From Thermodesulfobacteriota bacterium (GTDB lineage Bacteria; Desulfobacterota; Desulfobacteria; Desulfobacterales; B30-G6): DNA of 64,000 nt. Each line of letters begins with the position of its first letter. Position 1 is the stretch's first letter. The stretch lies in the NCBI GenBank assembly GCA_039714495.1, contig JBDLJD010000002.1:268-64267 (forward strand), written 5' to 3'. The notes under the pieces were generated by a model that had not been told where the DNA came from, ran no database searches, and saw only the letters and a program-made list of their open reading frames with translations. Both the position numbers and the translations under genes were made by a program. Below are positions 27,007 to 41,192 of the stretch, piece by piece.

Positions 27007-29491
27007 CCAGGGATCGTATTACCGTCCATTCATTGCTCTTAGCGCTGCATTTTTACCTGGTGTGGCGGCGGGGGCTGCTTTTCCGGGTTACCTTTACTGT
27101 GCCGGTGTATTTCTGCTGGCAAGTGCCATCCTGGTTGCCGTATTCCTGAAACAGAACAGACCTGCTACCTGGCTGCCGTTGGCGCTTTTTTTCATCCTTG
27201 GATATCTTTCCATACAGCCCTGGGCCAACCCCCATTTTCCTGACAATCACATTACCCGCTATGCCGGCAAAACCGTTTACACCCTGACCGGCGTCGTTGC
27301 TGAAATGCCCAGGGTGTCCGGAAAAAGAACCCGGTTCATCCTCAGGGCCGACACGATCGAGACCAACGGGCCGGTCACTTCCGTTACCGGAAAAATTCGG
27401 ATATCCTGTTATGGTGCTCCCGAACAGCTGCGCAAAGGCGATGCTGTTATCCTGAAAACCCGCATCCGGTCCATTCGCAATTTCAACAACCCGGGCGGGT
27501 TCGATTACGAGCGCTATATGGCCTATCAAAAGGTCTGGGTGTCCGGGTATGCCCGCGGCCATGGGGTCCGGCTGGAAGGGGAGACCCCGGTTCATCGGGA
27601 AGTGCCTCTCCTTTTGCGTTTACGCAAGTACGTCTCCGGCTTGATTGATGGGATGCCTTTTGCGGTTTCCGAGGGTGGCATGCCGGTCAGGCCGGTAATG
27701 AAGGCGCTGCTCGTGGGTGATAAAACCGGATTGACGCCTTCCTTGCGAGATGTTTTCAGCCGCTCCGGCACCAGCCATCTGCTGGCCATTTCAGGCCTCC
27801 ACGTGGGCATTGTTGCCAGCCTCTCCTTTTTTATCTGCAGGTGGATGCTCTCTTTTGCCACACCGCTATTATGGTCAGGTAAGGTGAAAGCCGCTGCCGC
27901 TGTTATGTCCGTTTTTCCGGTGGTGGCATACGGGCTCGTGGCCGGTATGTCACCATCGACCCAACGGGCGGTCATCATGGTAGCCATATTTTTGATGACA
28001 TTTCTAGCCGGGAGGGACCACGACCTGATCAACACCCTGGCCGTGGCAGCTCTGGCCATTGTTGTGGTCGATCCGCCGACCCTGTTTTCCATTTCCTTTC
28101 AGCTGTCGTTTGCAGCGGTGTTTTTCATTGTCTACGGCGTTGCCAAACTGATGCCGTCCCGGACCGGGCAAGGAAACCTGTTAGCAAGGATCGCCACACT
28201 CTTTATGGTTTCAGTATTCGCGACCCTCGGAACCCTGCCCATCGTCATGCACTATTTTAACCAGGTTTCCCTGGTGGGCGTTTTTGTCAATGTCATTGCC
28301 GTGCCAATGGTGGGCTTTGTTGTGGTACCCCTTGGCCTTGTATCGGTGCTGGCGGCGCTTGTCTTTCCAGCGGCCGGCGTCTGGGGCTTTGCAATATGTG
28401 CCCATGTGCTGTCATTTGCCATGCAGATTATCGGTTTTTTTTCCGGGTTGCCGTGGGCTGCAGTAAAAACGGTGACACCAGGGGCATTGGAAATCGGGTG
28501 CTATTATGTCATACTGTGGGGACTTTTTACCCTGGTGCCAGAGGGCAGCGCCTCTCTTAAAAGCAGTAGCGCCCGCAGATGGGTTCTGGCCGGGGTCCTG
28601 ATCACGACGGTCGTGCTGGCGGGTGATGTTCTGTATTGGATTCATGCCCGGTTTCTGTCAAAGGACCTGCGGGTGACTGTGTTCGACGTGGGCCAGGGAA
28701 GTTCCGCCCTCCTGGAACTGCCCCGGGGATACAACATACTGGTGGATGGCGGCGGTTTTTCGGACAACAGCGCCTTCGACGTGGGGGCCCGCATCGTGGC
28801 GCCCTATTTATGGAACCGCAAGATACGAACCATCCACAGCATTGTTTTGTCACATCCCAACAGTGATCATCTGAATGGGTTGACCTATATCGCCGAACAT
28901 TTTAATGTGAAAAACGCCTGGACCAATGGCGAAACATCCCCCAGCAAAGGGTACGGCGAATTTTCCAAGACCTTGGAACGAAATAATGTGTTCCACCCCC
29001 GGTATGCGGCTCTGGAACGCAAGCGCTCCATCCAAGGGGTTTCCCTGGAATTTCTTTACCCGGAAAATGATTTTCTGGAGCGCCGGGATAAGGAGCCATG
29101 GCGCAACTCCAACAACAACTCCCTGGTTTTAAAGGTGAGCTACGGGAAGCATGCCTTTCTTTTTCCAGGGGACCTCATGGCCGAGGGTGAGGCGGATATC
29201 GGGCGACTTGCACCGGATGCACTTGAAAGTTCGGTCCTCATTGCACCTCACCACGGCAGCAGATCGTCAAGTACGGAAGGGTTCATTGACCATGTGAACC
29301 CGGAAATCGTGGTTGCCTCAGCCGGGTGGATGAATCGTTTCAGGTTCCCCCATGCCGAGGTCCTGGAAAGGTATGCCCGCCGGGGAAGCAGCATTTTTCG
29401 CACCGACTTTGACGGCGCGATCCGCTTGATATGTGATGGGGAAACCCTCAAAGTGATGCCGACCATTTTGCGGAACACGGAAGACCAGTAA
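26945..29491 (+). CDS. comEC: DNA internalization competence protein ComEC/Rec2 (with metallo-beta-lactamase domain)
   Basis: The product has polytopic competence domains ([12 protein letters not shown]) and a C-terminal MBL domain ([25 protein letters not shown]). The start is uncertain: ATG 26945 overlaps murA by 62 nt, and an in-frame GTG at 27062 is the alternative. Confidence 0.85.
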   Translation: MNFSKKSLPFWVPTFIAKRSDQGSYYRPFIALSAAFLPGVAAGAAFPGYLYCAGVFLLASAILVAVFLKQNRPATWLPLALFFILGYLSIQPWANPHFPDNHITRYAGKTVYTLTGVVAEMPRVSGKRTRFILRADTIETNGPVTSVTGKIRISCYGAPEQLRKGDAVILKTRIRSIRNFNNPGGFDYERYMAYQKVWVSGYARGHGVRLEGETPVHREVPLLLRLRKYVSGLIDGMPFAVSEGGMPVRPVMKALLVGDKTGLTPSLRDVFSRSGTSHLLAISGLHVGIVASLSFFICRWMLSFATPLLWSGKVKAAAAVMSVFPVVAYGLVAGMSPSTQRAVIMVAIFLMTFLAGRDHDLINTLAVAALAIVVVDPPTLFSISFQLSFAAVFFIVYGVAKLMPSRTGQGNLLARIATLFMVSVFATLGTLPIVMHYFNQVSLVGVFVNVIAVPMVGFVVVPLGLVSVLAALVFPAAGVWGFAICAHVLSFAMQIIGFFSGLPWAAVKTVTPGALEIGCYYVILWGLFTLVPEGSASLKSSSARRWVLAGVLITTVVLAGDVLYWIHARFLSKDLRVTVFDVGQGSSALLELPRGYNILVDGGGFSDNSAFDVGARIVAPYLWNRKIRTIHSIVLSHPNSDHLNGLTYIAEHFNVKNAWTNGETSPSKGYGEFSKTLERNNVFHPRYAALERKRSIQGVSLEFLYPENDFLERRDKEPWRNSNNNSLVLKVSYGKHAFLFPGDLMAEGEADIGRLAPDALESSVLIAPHHGSRSSSTEGFIDHVNPEIVVASAGWMNRFRFPHAEVLERYARRGSSIFRTDFDGAIRLICDGETLKVMPTILRNTEDQ

Positions 29492-29710
29492 GGCGTTTGG
29501 AGTAAGCAGTAAGTAGTAGGGAGAGAATCAGAGGACGGAGTGCCAGAGGTCAGAAGCATGCAGGGCTGAAGCCCTGGCCTACATGCCCATTTATCGAATC
29601 AACCATGTAGCGCAGGGATTTATCCCTGCTGGGGCTGAATGCAATAAGCTGATAAACCCCATTCGACATTGGGTGTTGGGCGTTGAATGTTCGATGTTCA
29701 TTTTTAAATC
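29492..29710. repeat. Mosaic hairpin/short-period repeat block
   Basis: It contains the 19-mer shared with 25411-25429. It contains GCGCAGGGATTTATCCCTGC (29610-29629, identical to 39984-40003). It contains the CAGGGCTGAAGCCCTG hairpin and CGATGTTC-type words related to 25541-25580 (inverted). Confidence 0.8.
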
Positions 29711-29736
29711 ACCATTCTCAAAATTTGAAACGCTCA
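29711..29736 (+). promoter_or_regulatory. Dispersed motif A copy 3 (ACCATTCTCAAAATTTGAAACGCTCA)
   Basis: See 5772-5797. It is followed by the hairpin TCAAC-TTAG-GTTGA. It lies 39 nt upstream of the 29775 start. Confidence 0.65.
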
Positions 29737-29774
29737 ACTTAGGTTGAAGTGATATCTACCATAGAAAGGTCGCC

Positions 29775-31208
29775 ATGAACAACATTGCCGAGACGGTCCG
29801 CCAGATCGAGGCGCTTTTCCATCCCGAATCCGTTGCCATCGTAGGCGTCCCCAGAGGGTTGAAGACAGGCCGGCTATTTCTGATGGCACTTCAAGACCAG
29901 AAATTTCCCGGCCGGATTTATCCGATCAACCCGAACATCGAGGAGATTGACGGGCTCAAGGTCTATCCGGATATCACGTCTATCCCCTGCAAGGTGGACC
30001 TTGCCATCGTTCTGGTCCCAAGCCGTCACACGCTTTCCGTTGTCGAGGCCTGTGCCCAGAAGGGGGTGAAGGGCGCGGTGCTTTTCACTTCGGGATATGG
30101 TGAACTCGGGGAAGAGGGCCTTCAACTGCAGCAGGAGATTGTCCGGGTTGCCCGGTCCGGCGGTGTGCGTCTCATCGGGCCCAACGGCATGGGGCTGTAT
30201 GCTCCGGCATCGGGCTTGTCGTTTTTTCCGGAGTTGTCCCGGCAGGCAGGCAATGTGGGCCTTGTTTCCCATAGTGGATCCCTGGCCAATATACTGGGGC
30301 GCATGGCGTCCGGGAAAGGGCTTTACTTCAGCAAGGCGGTAAGCATTGGTAACGAATGCGACCTGTCCTGTCCGGACTTCTTCAACTACTTTGCCCAGGA
30401 TCCAACCGTCGGGGTAATCGGTGCCTACATCGAAGGGGTCAAGAACGGCCAGGCATTTTTAGAGGCCATCCGTAATGCGTCCCTTTCCAAACCGGTCATC
30501 ATCTGGAAAATGGGACTCACCAGGGAAGGGGCCCGGGCCGCTGCCTCCCATACGGGTGCGTTGGCGGGTTCTGCCGAGATATGGGATGCCGTGGCCCGGC
30601 AGACAGGGGTTGTGGGGGTCAACGGGTTCGAAGCATTTCTCGACGCGCTGATGGCGTTTTCACTGATAAGCGAACCGGTCGGACGGCGCATGGCCATCAT
30701 CTCCGGTCCGGGCGGCCTGGCTGTTGCGGCGGCTGAAGCATGCAGCGCGGCCGGCCTTTTAATGGCCAATCTGGCCCCTGAAACAAAGGCTGAACTTGCG
30801 GAACTGATGCCGCCCACGGGAACGAGTACGGCCAACCCCGTCGATGTGGGCCTGACCGCGTCTCTGGACATCGATATCTATATCGAAACCGCCCGCAGAA
30901 CCGCCATGGACCCCGGGGTGGATGCTGTGGTGGTCATCGGCATCGGGCTGGATGACGAAACCAATGAAAAATATGTTAGCGGCATATTGGAGGTACAGAA
31001 AACCTCCCGGAAGCCGTTCATTATGGTGGGTATTCCCGGCTTTGGTGCGGACAATATCAGCCGCTTCTGCAACGCAGGGGTTCCCTTTTTCGATTCAGCG
31101 GAAAGGGCCATGCAGACCTATGCCCAGGTGTGCCGCTACCAGGACTGGCAATGCAGAATGGGGGCATACGCAGAATCCGATGCCGATCATTCCAGAGTGG
31201 TGCAATGA
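29775..31208 (+). CDS. CoA-binding protein resembling the alpha part of ADP-forming acetyl-CoA synthetase / succinyl-CoA ligase
   Basis: 477 aa with an N-terminal CoA-binding Rossmann domain (SVAIVGVPRG), a ligase-CoA domain (SHSGSLA, ASHTGALAG) and no ATP-grasp beta part. Confidence 0.75.
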   Translation: MNNIAETVRQIEALFHPESVAIVGVPRGLKTGRLFLMALQDQKFPGRIYPINPNIEEIDGLKVYPDITSIPCKVDLAIVLVPSRHTLSVVEACAQKGVKGAVLFTSGYGELGEEGLQLQQEIVRVARSGGVRLIGPNGMGLYAPASGLSFFPELSRQAGNVGLVSHSGSLANILGRMASGKGLYFSKAVSIGNECDLSCPDFFNYFAQDPTVGVIGAYIEGVKNGQAFLEAIRNASLSKPVIIWKMGLTREGARAAASHTGALAGSAEIWDAVARQTGVVGVNGFEAFLDALMAFSLISEPVGRRMAIISGPGGLAVAAAEACSAAGLLMANLAPETKAELAELMPPTGTSTANPVDVGLTASLDIDIYIETARRTAMDPGVDAVVVIGIGLDDETNEKYVSGILEVQKTSRKPFIMVGIPGFGADNISRFCNAGVPFFDSAERAMQTYAQVCRYQDWQCRMGAYAESDADHSRVVQ

Positions 31209-32107
31209 AAGAAATCTGGGCCATAGGTGGCGGTAAAGGCGGTATCGGAAAGAGCTTTATCATCAGTTCCGTGGGGAACTACCTCGCCAGGCAGGGCAAA
31301 AAGGTCATTCTGGTGGATGCCGACCTGGGTGCGGCCAACCTGCACACTTTTCTGGGCATGGGGAAACCCGAAAAGTCGCTTACGGATTTTTTTGAAAGCA
31401 GGGCGCCGCTGGCATCCCTCCTGGTCGAAACCGAAATAGACAATCTGACGCTTCTGGCAGGCGCCATTCACTCCATGGTTCCCGAAGACATCAAATATAC
31501 CCAGAAGCTTAAATTTTTTCGGCACATCAAAAAACTGGAGGCGGATTTCGTTCTCATAGATCTGGGAGCAGGCGTTCATTTCAACACCATCGACACCTTT
31601 TTGCTGGCCGACAGAAAGATTGTCGTTATTGTGCCGGAGATAACAGCCATTGAAAACATGTACGGGTTTATTAAAATCGTTTTTTTCAGACATATTATGA
31701 ACACCCTGAGCCGCAACGGTTTCAAGGACGAGTTCAAGGAGGCCTGGGGGCAGCGGCAGACGCATGGCTTTACAACGCTGAAGCAGTTCGTGGATTATCT
31801 GAAGAGCCAATCAGAATCTGTGGGCCGCATCATTGACAGGGAACTGGCCGGATTCCGGGTGGACATTGTCCTCAATCAGATCAAGCGCAAACGCGAGAAA
31901 CGTATCGGTAATTCCGTCAAGAGCATATGCCTCAAGTATTTCGGGCTGGATGCACGTTTTGCAGGGTTCATAGAGACCGACGATTTTATCACCCGCACCC
32001 TGAACAACCGCCAGCCCTATATACAGACCTATCCGGAATCCAAATGCGCCCGTGAGGTAGCGGCCATCGTGCATAGTCTCATCAGCAATGGGCAGGTGAG
32101 ACTATAG
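31205..32107 (+). CDS. MinD/ParA/FlhG-type P-loop ATPase
   Basis: It has the deviant Walker A GGGKGGIGKS and the VDADLGAANL motif. Its ATG overlaps the upstream stop (ATGA at 31205-31208). Confidence 0.8.
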   Translation: MKEIWAIGGGKGGIGKSFIISSVGNYLARQGKKVILVDADLGAANLHTFLGMGKPEKSLTDFFESRAPLASLLVETEIDNLTLLAGAIHSMVPEDIKYTQKLKFFRHIKKLEADFVLIDLGAGVHFNTIDTFLLADRKIVVIVPEITAIENMYGFIKIVFFRHIMNTLSRNGFKDEFKEAWGQRQTHGFTTLKQFVDYLKSQSESVGRIIDRELAGFRVDIVLNQIKRKREKRIGNSVKSICLKYFGLDARFAGFIETDDFITRTLNNRQPYIQTYPESKCAREVAAIVHSLISNGQVRL

Positions 32108-32235
32108 GTTTCAGGGGGCGGGGCAGAACTACAGTGGGCAGAGCCACAGAAGACGGATGCCAGAGACCAGAACTACAGAGCACCAGAACCTTGGAAATTG
32201 GCTATTCGCTATTGGCTATTGGATATTTGCCTTTT
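32108..32235 (+). repeat. Short-period repeat block (CAGAA/CCAGA words; ATTGGCTATT units)
   Basis: It shares GGGCAGAGCCACAGAA with 25345-25360. ATTGGCTATTCGCTATTGGCTATTGGATATT is related to 40055-40078. Confidence 0.75.
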
Positions 32236-32269
32236 TTCACAATGCTTTGGGAGACGCAGTGACGTAATT

Positions 32270-32866
32270 ATGAACGACGACCTGTACACAAAATGTTGCG
32301 AGACACTTGAAGTATCCCCGGATGCCTCCATGGGGGAAATCAAGCGCTCCTATCTCTATTTAAAGGAATTCTACTCGGTGGATTCCATCGCGTCCATGGC
32401 GCTCGATGATGAATTTTCCGCATCCGACAAGAAGGAAATTCTGGGGGAGATTGAGCAGGCGTATCACACCTTGACGGCCCTGGTTAAACAAGAGCGGGAT
32501 TTGCCCGACAGTGATGGAGGGGAACCCTGTGATGACAACGCTGTGGCGGCAGCTATCTCCGGAATCGATCTGTTCGACGGGCCGGCCCTCAAACAAATCA
32601 GAAAAAAAATGGGTGTGGCTCTGGACGACATTGCCATGGCCACCAGAATTCAGGTCCAGCATCTGACGTGCCTGGAAGATGAAAATTTTGATGGGCTCCC
32701 CGCGGAAGTATACACGCGCGGGTTTATTTCCAGCTATGCCGAGTTCCTCTCCCTGGATGTGCAAAAGGTGGTGGCGGATTACATGACGCGCTACCGTAAA
32801 TGGAAATCGGACAACCACCCGGGCGGAACCCTCGCCACCCTTTTTTCCATATTCAAGCACAGGTAA
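32270..32866 (+). CDS. Degenerate J-like domain plus RodZ-type HTH domain protein
   Basis: The N-terminus resembles a DnaJ J-domain (LEVSPDASMGEIKRSYLYLKEFY...EIEQAYHTL) but lacks HPD. The C-terminal part, LKQIRKKMGVALDDIAMATRIQVQHLTCLEDENF...YTRGFISSYAEFL, is a RodZ/HTH_25-type domain. Confidence 0.6.
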   Translation: MNDDLYTKCCETLEVSPDASMGEIKRSYLYLKEFYSVDSIASMALDDEFSASDKKEILGEIEQAYHTLTALVKQERDLPDSDGGEPCDDNAVAAAISGIDLFDGPALKQIRKKMGVALDDIAMATRIQVQHLTCLEDENFDGLPAEVYTRGFISSYAEFLSLDVQKVVADYMTRYRKWKSDNHPGGTLATLFSIFKHR

Positions 32867-33125
32867 TGGACTGCTCTCCAATTATGAAACCATATGTATG
32901 CCAGATCGGGCCAAAAGGCGGCGGCCCGTGCAGAAGCACAAAAACTCCTCAAACTTGTGTCCAATTTTTCTGTTGAGGTCTGGGGCCAGAGAAACCCGAG
33001 TACCAATCAGGAACAGATTGAAAAGGGTATGGCCGCGTTAGGGAGCGCTGGGTTGATTTGATCAGCCGGGGTTGCTTTGGGATGGTTCAAGGGGAAAACA
33101 CCTGAGCCCGCGGCCAGGTGTCGTT

Positions 33126-33431
33126 TCAGGCGACATCCGGGGGATCGGGTATGGTGGGGTTATTTTCTCCCGGCCGGCATTCTTTTTCTTCCAGATCATT
33201 TTTCAGATAATCATAAAGGCTGCCGGTATAAGCACACTGGATCACTTCCCGGATTTTCTCGAGCAGGTAATCGCGGATGGCGACTTCCCCATCCACCCTT
33301 AGCCTGAAGGCAATCAGGCGCTGCAGATTGACGTCACTTTTGTCCTTTTCCGGCACCATGCGCATGACACGCTTTAGAATGTCCAGAAGGGGGCCTTCCT
33401 TTTTTTCGATGTGGATGATATCGCCGGGCAT
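33126..33431 (-). CDS. Hypothetical protein
   Basis: A 101-aa version starting at ATG 33431 is preceded by AAGGAG. No family was recognised. Confidence 0.45.
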   Translation of the reverse strand: MPGDIIHIEKKEGPLLDILKRVMRMVPEKDKSDVNLQRLIAFRLRVDGEVAIRDYLLEKIREVIQCAYTGSLYDYLKNDLEEKECRPGENNPTIPDPPDVA

Positions 33432-33665
33432 GGTGCTCCTTTCATTAGAAACAGTCATTCACATTAAAGAATAGCATTTCAGTTCCCCAAAAAGGGATAT
33501 GAAACCCAATGCGTTCTGATGCATGTTTCTAATGTGTAATATCATAAGGATGTTCCAGGTGAAAATCAACAGACGGTTTTTTTTAAAGTTCTTCTTGGCG
33601 GTCTTTGCGTCTTGCGGTTATAGGTCTTTGTCTTGACCTTGAACTGCTTGCCTCCGTCTTTTGCA

Positions 33666-33713
33666 AACATAGAAAGAACCCGGGCGCAGCCTGCACGTTG
33701 CAAACTGCGCCCG
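33666..33713 (-). terminator. Putative hsp20 terminator
   Basis: The stem CGGGCGCAG / CTGCGCCCG is followed on the minus strand by GGTTCTTTCTATGTTT. Confidence 0.5.
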
Positions 33714-33738
33714 TTATTATGGGGTGTAATGGTGTAGT

Positions 33739-34179
33739 TTAATGAACGGTAATCTGCTTTGGTTTGATTTCTTCCGGTCTGGGGATGCCCACCTTCAGGA
33801 TACCATCCTTGTAATCGGCAGTGATTTTCTCGGGATCCACGTTGTCGGGAAGATTGAAACGCCTTTCAAAACTGCCGAAGGTGCGTTCACGGCGATAATA
33901 GTTCTCTTCCTCAACTTCGCTGTCGGATGATCGTTCGCCTTTGAGGGTCAAAACCCCGTCCTTAAAATCCACGACAATGTTGTCTTTTTCAACACCCGGG
34001 AGTTCTGCCTTCAAAACGATGGCATTTTCTTCTTCGTAAATGTCCACCCGGGGGTTCCAGCCCCACTCTTTGGATGGGTGCCCTTCACGTGAAGGATAGA
34101 AAAAATCATTGAAAAATCGATCGGCCCGGCTGTTAAGGCTGAGCATATCTCGCATGGGATTCCAATTTACAAGCTGCAT
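33739..34179 (-). CDS. Hsp20/alpha-crystallin small heat-shock protein
   Basis: 146 aa with an alpha-crystallin domain (VDIYEEENAIVLKAELPGVEKDNIVVDFKDGVLTLKGER...FERRFNLP). Confidence 0.9.
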   Translation of the reverse strand: MQLVNWNPMRDMLSLNSRADRFFNDFFYPSREGHPSKEWGWNPRVDIYEEENAIVLKAELPGVEKDNIVVDFKDGVLTLKGERSSDSEVEEENYYRRERTFGSFERRFNLPDNVDPEKITADYKDGILKVGIPRPEEIKPKQITVH

Positions 34180-34530
34180 TTCAGTTCCTCCTTTGGTTTG
34201 AAATTTATTCTTGCCATCAAGTTAATTACCAATAAGAATATGTCAATATATATTACATTACTTTTTCAGATAAAATTATTTAAGTAATAATACACTGCTG
34301 CTGATGGGCATAATATCCTGGATTAATTATTATTTGTAATTAGGATGAGGTGAGATCTTGACATGCCCTGCAAAGCAGGATACCCATAAATCTTCATGGT
34401 CGCATCACCTGAAGGCAAATAAAATCATGAATTTTTTGATAACCCCTGCTGAATGACAAATATGGGTGCATGAAGATTTATTGATAAAATTTCATGAGTT
34501 AAAACGGATAATAAATTTAGGAATAATGCA

Positions 34531-36141
34531 ATGACAGAATTTCAATATCAGGAAATGTTTCCACTGGAAGGCGATACAACCGCATACAGACTGCTCAGCG
34601 ATGATTTTATCCAAACCACATCGTTTGACGGGCATGACATCGTAAAGATAGATCCGCAGGCGTTGACCCTCTTGGCGGAGGAGGCTTTCCGGGATGTCTC
34701 TCATCTGCTGCGACCTGCCCACCTTGAGAAAGTCGCCGCCATATTGAACGATCCCGAGGCATCGGAAAACGATCGCCTGGTGGCGCTGGAGATGCTGAAA
34801 AATGCCGCCATTGCCGCGGAAGGCGAGTTTCCTATGTGCCAGGATACCGGAACGGCCATTATTGTCGGTAAAAAAGGGCAGCAGGTCTGGACCGGGGATG
34901 AGGATGAAGCAGCCCTGTCCAAAGGGGTTTACCAGGCATATCAGCACAACAATCTGCGCTACTCCCAGAACGCCCCTTTGAGTATGTACGAGGAAAAAAA
35001 CACCGGCAGCAACCTTCCTGCGCAGATCGAACTCTACGCTACCAAAGGCGATGCCTATCATTTCCTGTTCATCGCCAAGGGCGGAGGGTCGGCCAATAAG
35101 TCCTATCTGTTTCAGGAGACCAAGGCGCTGTTGAATCCCGACACCCTGATTGCCTTCATTCGTGATAAAATGAAGATGCTGGGGACCGCTGCCTGCCCGC
35201 CGTACCATCTGGCCTTTGTCATCGGTGGTACATCAGCGGAATTCAACCTCAAAACCGTCAAGCTGGCGTCGGCCGGTTACCTCGATGGCTTGCCGGTCAA
35301 GGGCAGCCCTGGCGGGCACGCCTTCCGGGATGTCGAGCTGGAGGAAAAGATACTGGCGATATCGCGGGGATTGGGCATCGGCGCTCAGTTCGGGGGCAAA
35401 TATTTTGCGCTGGATGTGCGCATCATCCGTTTGCCGCGTCATGGGGCGTCCTGCCCGGTGGGGATGGGCGTGAGCTGCAGTGCGGACCGCAATATCAAGG
35501 CCAAAATTACCAGGGAGGGGATTTTTTTGGAAAGGCTGGAGACAGATCCCGGGCGATTCATCCCCACTGTCCAGGCTTCCAACGAGAAAGCAGTGGCCGT
35601 GGACCTGGACCGGCCCATGGACGAGATCCGGGCAACCCTGACCCAATTCCAGATCAAAACACCGCTGCTTTTGACCGGTAAAATTGTCGTGGCCCGGGAC
35701 ATTGCCCATGCCAAGCTGAAAGAGCGCATGGATCGCGGCCAGGGGCTTCCTGATTATTTTAAAAATCACATCATATATTACGCGGGCCCGGCTAAAACCC
35801 CTGAAGGGTATCCTTCTGGATCTTTTGGCCCGACCACGGCTGCCCGGATGGACTCCTATGTTCCTCTTTTTCAAGAGCAGGGGGGCTCTCTGGTGATGCT
35901 GGCCAAAGGCAACCGGTCGCGCATGGTCACCGATGCATGTAAAAAATTCGGCGGTTTCTATCTGGGGTCCATTGGCGGACCGGCAGCCCGCTTAGGGAAA
36001 GAATGCATTACCCATGTCGAGGTGCTGGAATATGCCGAACTGGGCATGGAGGCTATTTTTGCCATCACGGTAAAGGACTTTCCCGCTTTCATTCTTGTGG
36101 ATGACAAGGGCAATGATTTTTTCGCGACCCTCCTCAACTAA
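34531..36141 (+). CDS. Class I (Fe-S) fumarate hydratase, fused alpha/beta type
   Basis: 536 aa containing [17 protein letters not shown] and a C-terminal beta domain ([18 protein letters not shown]...GPTTAARMD). Confidence 0.9.
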   Translation: MTEFQYQEMFPLEGDTTAYRLLSDDFIQTTSFDGHDIVKIDPQALTLLAEEAFRDVSHLLRPAHLEKVAAILNDPEASENDRLVALEMLKNAAIAAEGEFPMCQDTGTAIIVGKKGQQVWTGDEDEAALSKGVYQAYQHNNLRYSQNAPLSMYEEKNTGSNLPAQIELYATKGDAYHFLFIAKGGGSANKSYLFQETKALLNPDTLIAFIRDKMKMLGTAACPPYHLAFVIGGTSAEFNLKTVKLASAGYLDGLPVKGSPGGHAFRDVELEEKILAISRGLGIGAQFGGKYFALDVRIIRLPRHGASCPVGMGVSCSADRNIKAKITREGIFLERLETDPGRFIPTVQASNEKAVAVDLDRPMDEIRATLTQFQIKTPLLLTGKIVVARDIAHAKLKERMDRGQGLPDYFKNHIIYYAGPAKTPEGYPSGSFGPTTAARMDSYVPLFQEQGGSLVMLAKGNRSRMVTDACKKFGGFYLGSIGGPAARLGKECITHVEVLEYAELGMEAIFAITVKDFPAFILVDDKGNDFFATLLN

Positions 36142-36162
36142 TTGTTGTTGCACAACAATTAG
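36138..36162 (+). terminator. Perfect 11-bp hairpin overlapping the fumarase stop codon
   Basis: CTAATTGTTGT-TGC-ACAACAATTAG. There is no clear T-tract, so a terminator role is tentative. Confidence 0.35.
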
Positions 36163-36300
36163 ATAACGCGACTTCGTCGCTATAAGAGCTTTACAAATAG
36201 AAAAGGCTCATATAAACTACTCCTTTTGAGCTGTACTAAAGTATAAATTAAGGTTTATGAATAAATAAAACTAATCATTAGAAACAGTTATTCGTACTGA

Positions 36301-39921
<3,621 letters not shown>

Positions 39922-39924
39922 GGT

Positions 39925-40080
39925 TTTAAGTTTCAGCAGGGCTGAATCCCTGAGCTACATGGCATAAAGCAGACCGCTTTGCAGCGCAGGGATTTATCCC
40001 TGCCAACGCATGTACCAAATTCCGAATGCTTTATGCTGATTTGGACATTGATCGTTCGTTATTGGATATTGGTTATTCGT
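39925..40080. repeat. Mosaic hairpin repeat block downstream of por
   Basis: CAGGGCTGAATCCCTG and GCGCAGGGATTTATCCCTGC (39984-40003) are shared with 29561-29629. TATTGGATATTGGTTATTCG units are shared with 32198-32230. Confidence 0.8.
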
Positions 40081-40085
40081 TTTTG

Positions 40086-40122
40086 AAAAAGCCCCGTATG
40101 GGAAACCATGCGGGGCTTTATT
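40086..40122. terminator. Rho-independent (bidirectional-looking) terminator
   Basis: AAAAA-GCCCCGTATGG-GAAA-CCATGCGGGGC-TTTATT: an 11-bp stem, a GAAA tetraloop and flanking A/T runs. Confidence 0.75.
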
Positions 40123-40252
40123 GTGGTAAAAATGAATACGACTTTACATTTGTCACGCCGGATGATTTGAAAAAGAAAGAAAGAGTTCCTTTGTGCCCTT
40201 TGTGGTTTTGTTTTATCGAGACCAGGACAATCCAAGATATGAGGAGATCAAG

Positions 40253-40918
40253 TTGACAACCAAGACGGCTCATAATATCTGCATCCGTTGCGGGGCCTGC
40301 TGCGAAAAAGGGGGGCCAGCATTTCATATAGAGGATCGCAGCCTTATCGATAAGGGGTTTATCCACACCCGGCACCTCTACACCATTCGCAAAGGGGAAA
40401 TGGTGCATGACAACGTGCGCGGCCTGGTAATGCCCGGCACCCATGAAATGATCAAGATCAAAGGTGTGGAGGAATCGTGGCAGTGCACGTTCTATCAGGT
40501 GGAGGAGAAAGCATGCAGCATCTATAAGCACCGTCCGCAAGAGTGCCGGATCCTGAAGTGCTGGGACCCGGTAGAGTTGTCGGCCATGTACGATAAAAAC
40601 AGGCTAACGCGCAGGGAACTACTGGCCAACATTGCCGGCCTCTGGGATTTGGTGGAGGCGCACGAACAGCAGTGCAGCTATGCCGGGTTGAAGCAGTGCC
40701 TGGAGGATCTGGGCAGCAGCTCTGAGCGGGCTGCCATCCAGGCCGCTATAACCATGGTTCGTTACGACCAGGAGGTAAGACGCCTGGTGGTCTCCCGTGG
40801 GGGAATGGCGCCTGATATGACGGATTTCCTTTTCGGCCGTCCCCTGGAAAAAACCATGGAGATGTTCGGCTACAAGGTCAGAGACAGAGAAGGGAAATTT
40901 TCGCTGGTCCGCATATGA
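40253..40918 (+). CDS. YkgJ-family (CxxCxxCC) zinc/iron-chelating domain protein
   Basis: TTG at 40253 lies 6 nt after GAGGAG. It contains CIRCGACCEKGGP and a later ...C...CxxxKHRPxxCRxLKC pattern typical of UPF0153/YkgJ. Confidence 0.7.
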   Translation: MTTKTAHNICIRCGACCEKGGPAFHIEDRSLIDKGFIHTRHLYTIRKGEMVHDNVRGLVMPGTHEMIKIKGVEESWQCTFYQVEEKACSIYKHRPQECRILKCWDPVELSAMYDKNRLTRRELLANIAGLWDLVEAHEQQCSYAGLKQCLEDLGSSSERAAIQAAITMVRYDQEVRRLVVSRGGMAPDMTDFLFGRPLEKTMEMFGYKVRDREGKFSLVRI

Positions 40919-41192
40919 AGAACAGAGGCCAAGTCTATGTTGCGAGTTACGGGTTATGTGTTGCGATTTGCATGATCACAGACTATACGTCTCTTCACCG
41001 ACTTACCCTTTTTTGTGTTAAAGGGTCTGAGACCTCCAGCTTCCGATGCTGGTTGCAGGATGCTTGAAACCAAATGCTTGAAGCGAATCACGCGAACCCG
41101 GAACTTGCAGCCCGTAACCTGTGACCCTAAACAATTTTCGCTATTTTTTCCTAACGGCTCGGGATATTATCTCAATAATGAGGCGGCCATGG

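Noticed and set aside
32894-33061. Unlisted 55-codon ORF (MYARSGQKAAARAEAQKLLKLVSNFSVEVWGQRNPSTNQEQIEKGMAALGSAGLI) and an overlapping 30-codon Cys-rich ORF from 32884
   Set aside because: Neither has a Shine-Dalgarno sequence, a recognisable family or supporting context, so neither can be distinguished from chance ORFs.
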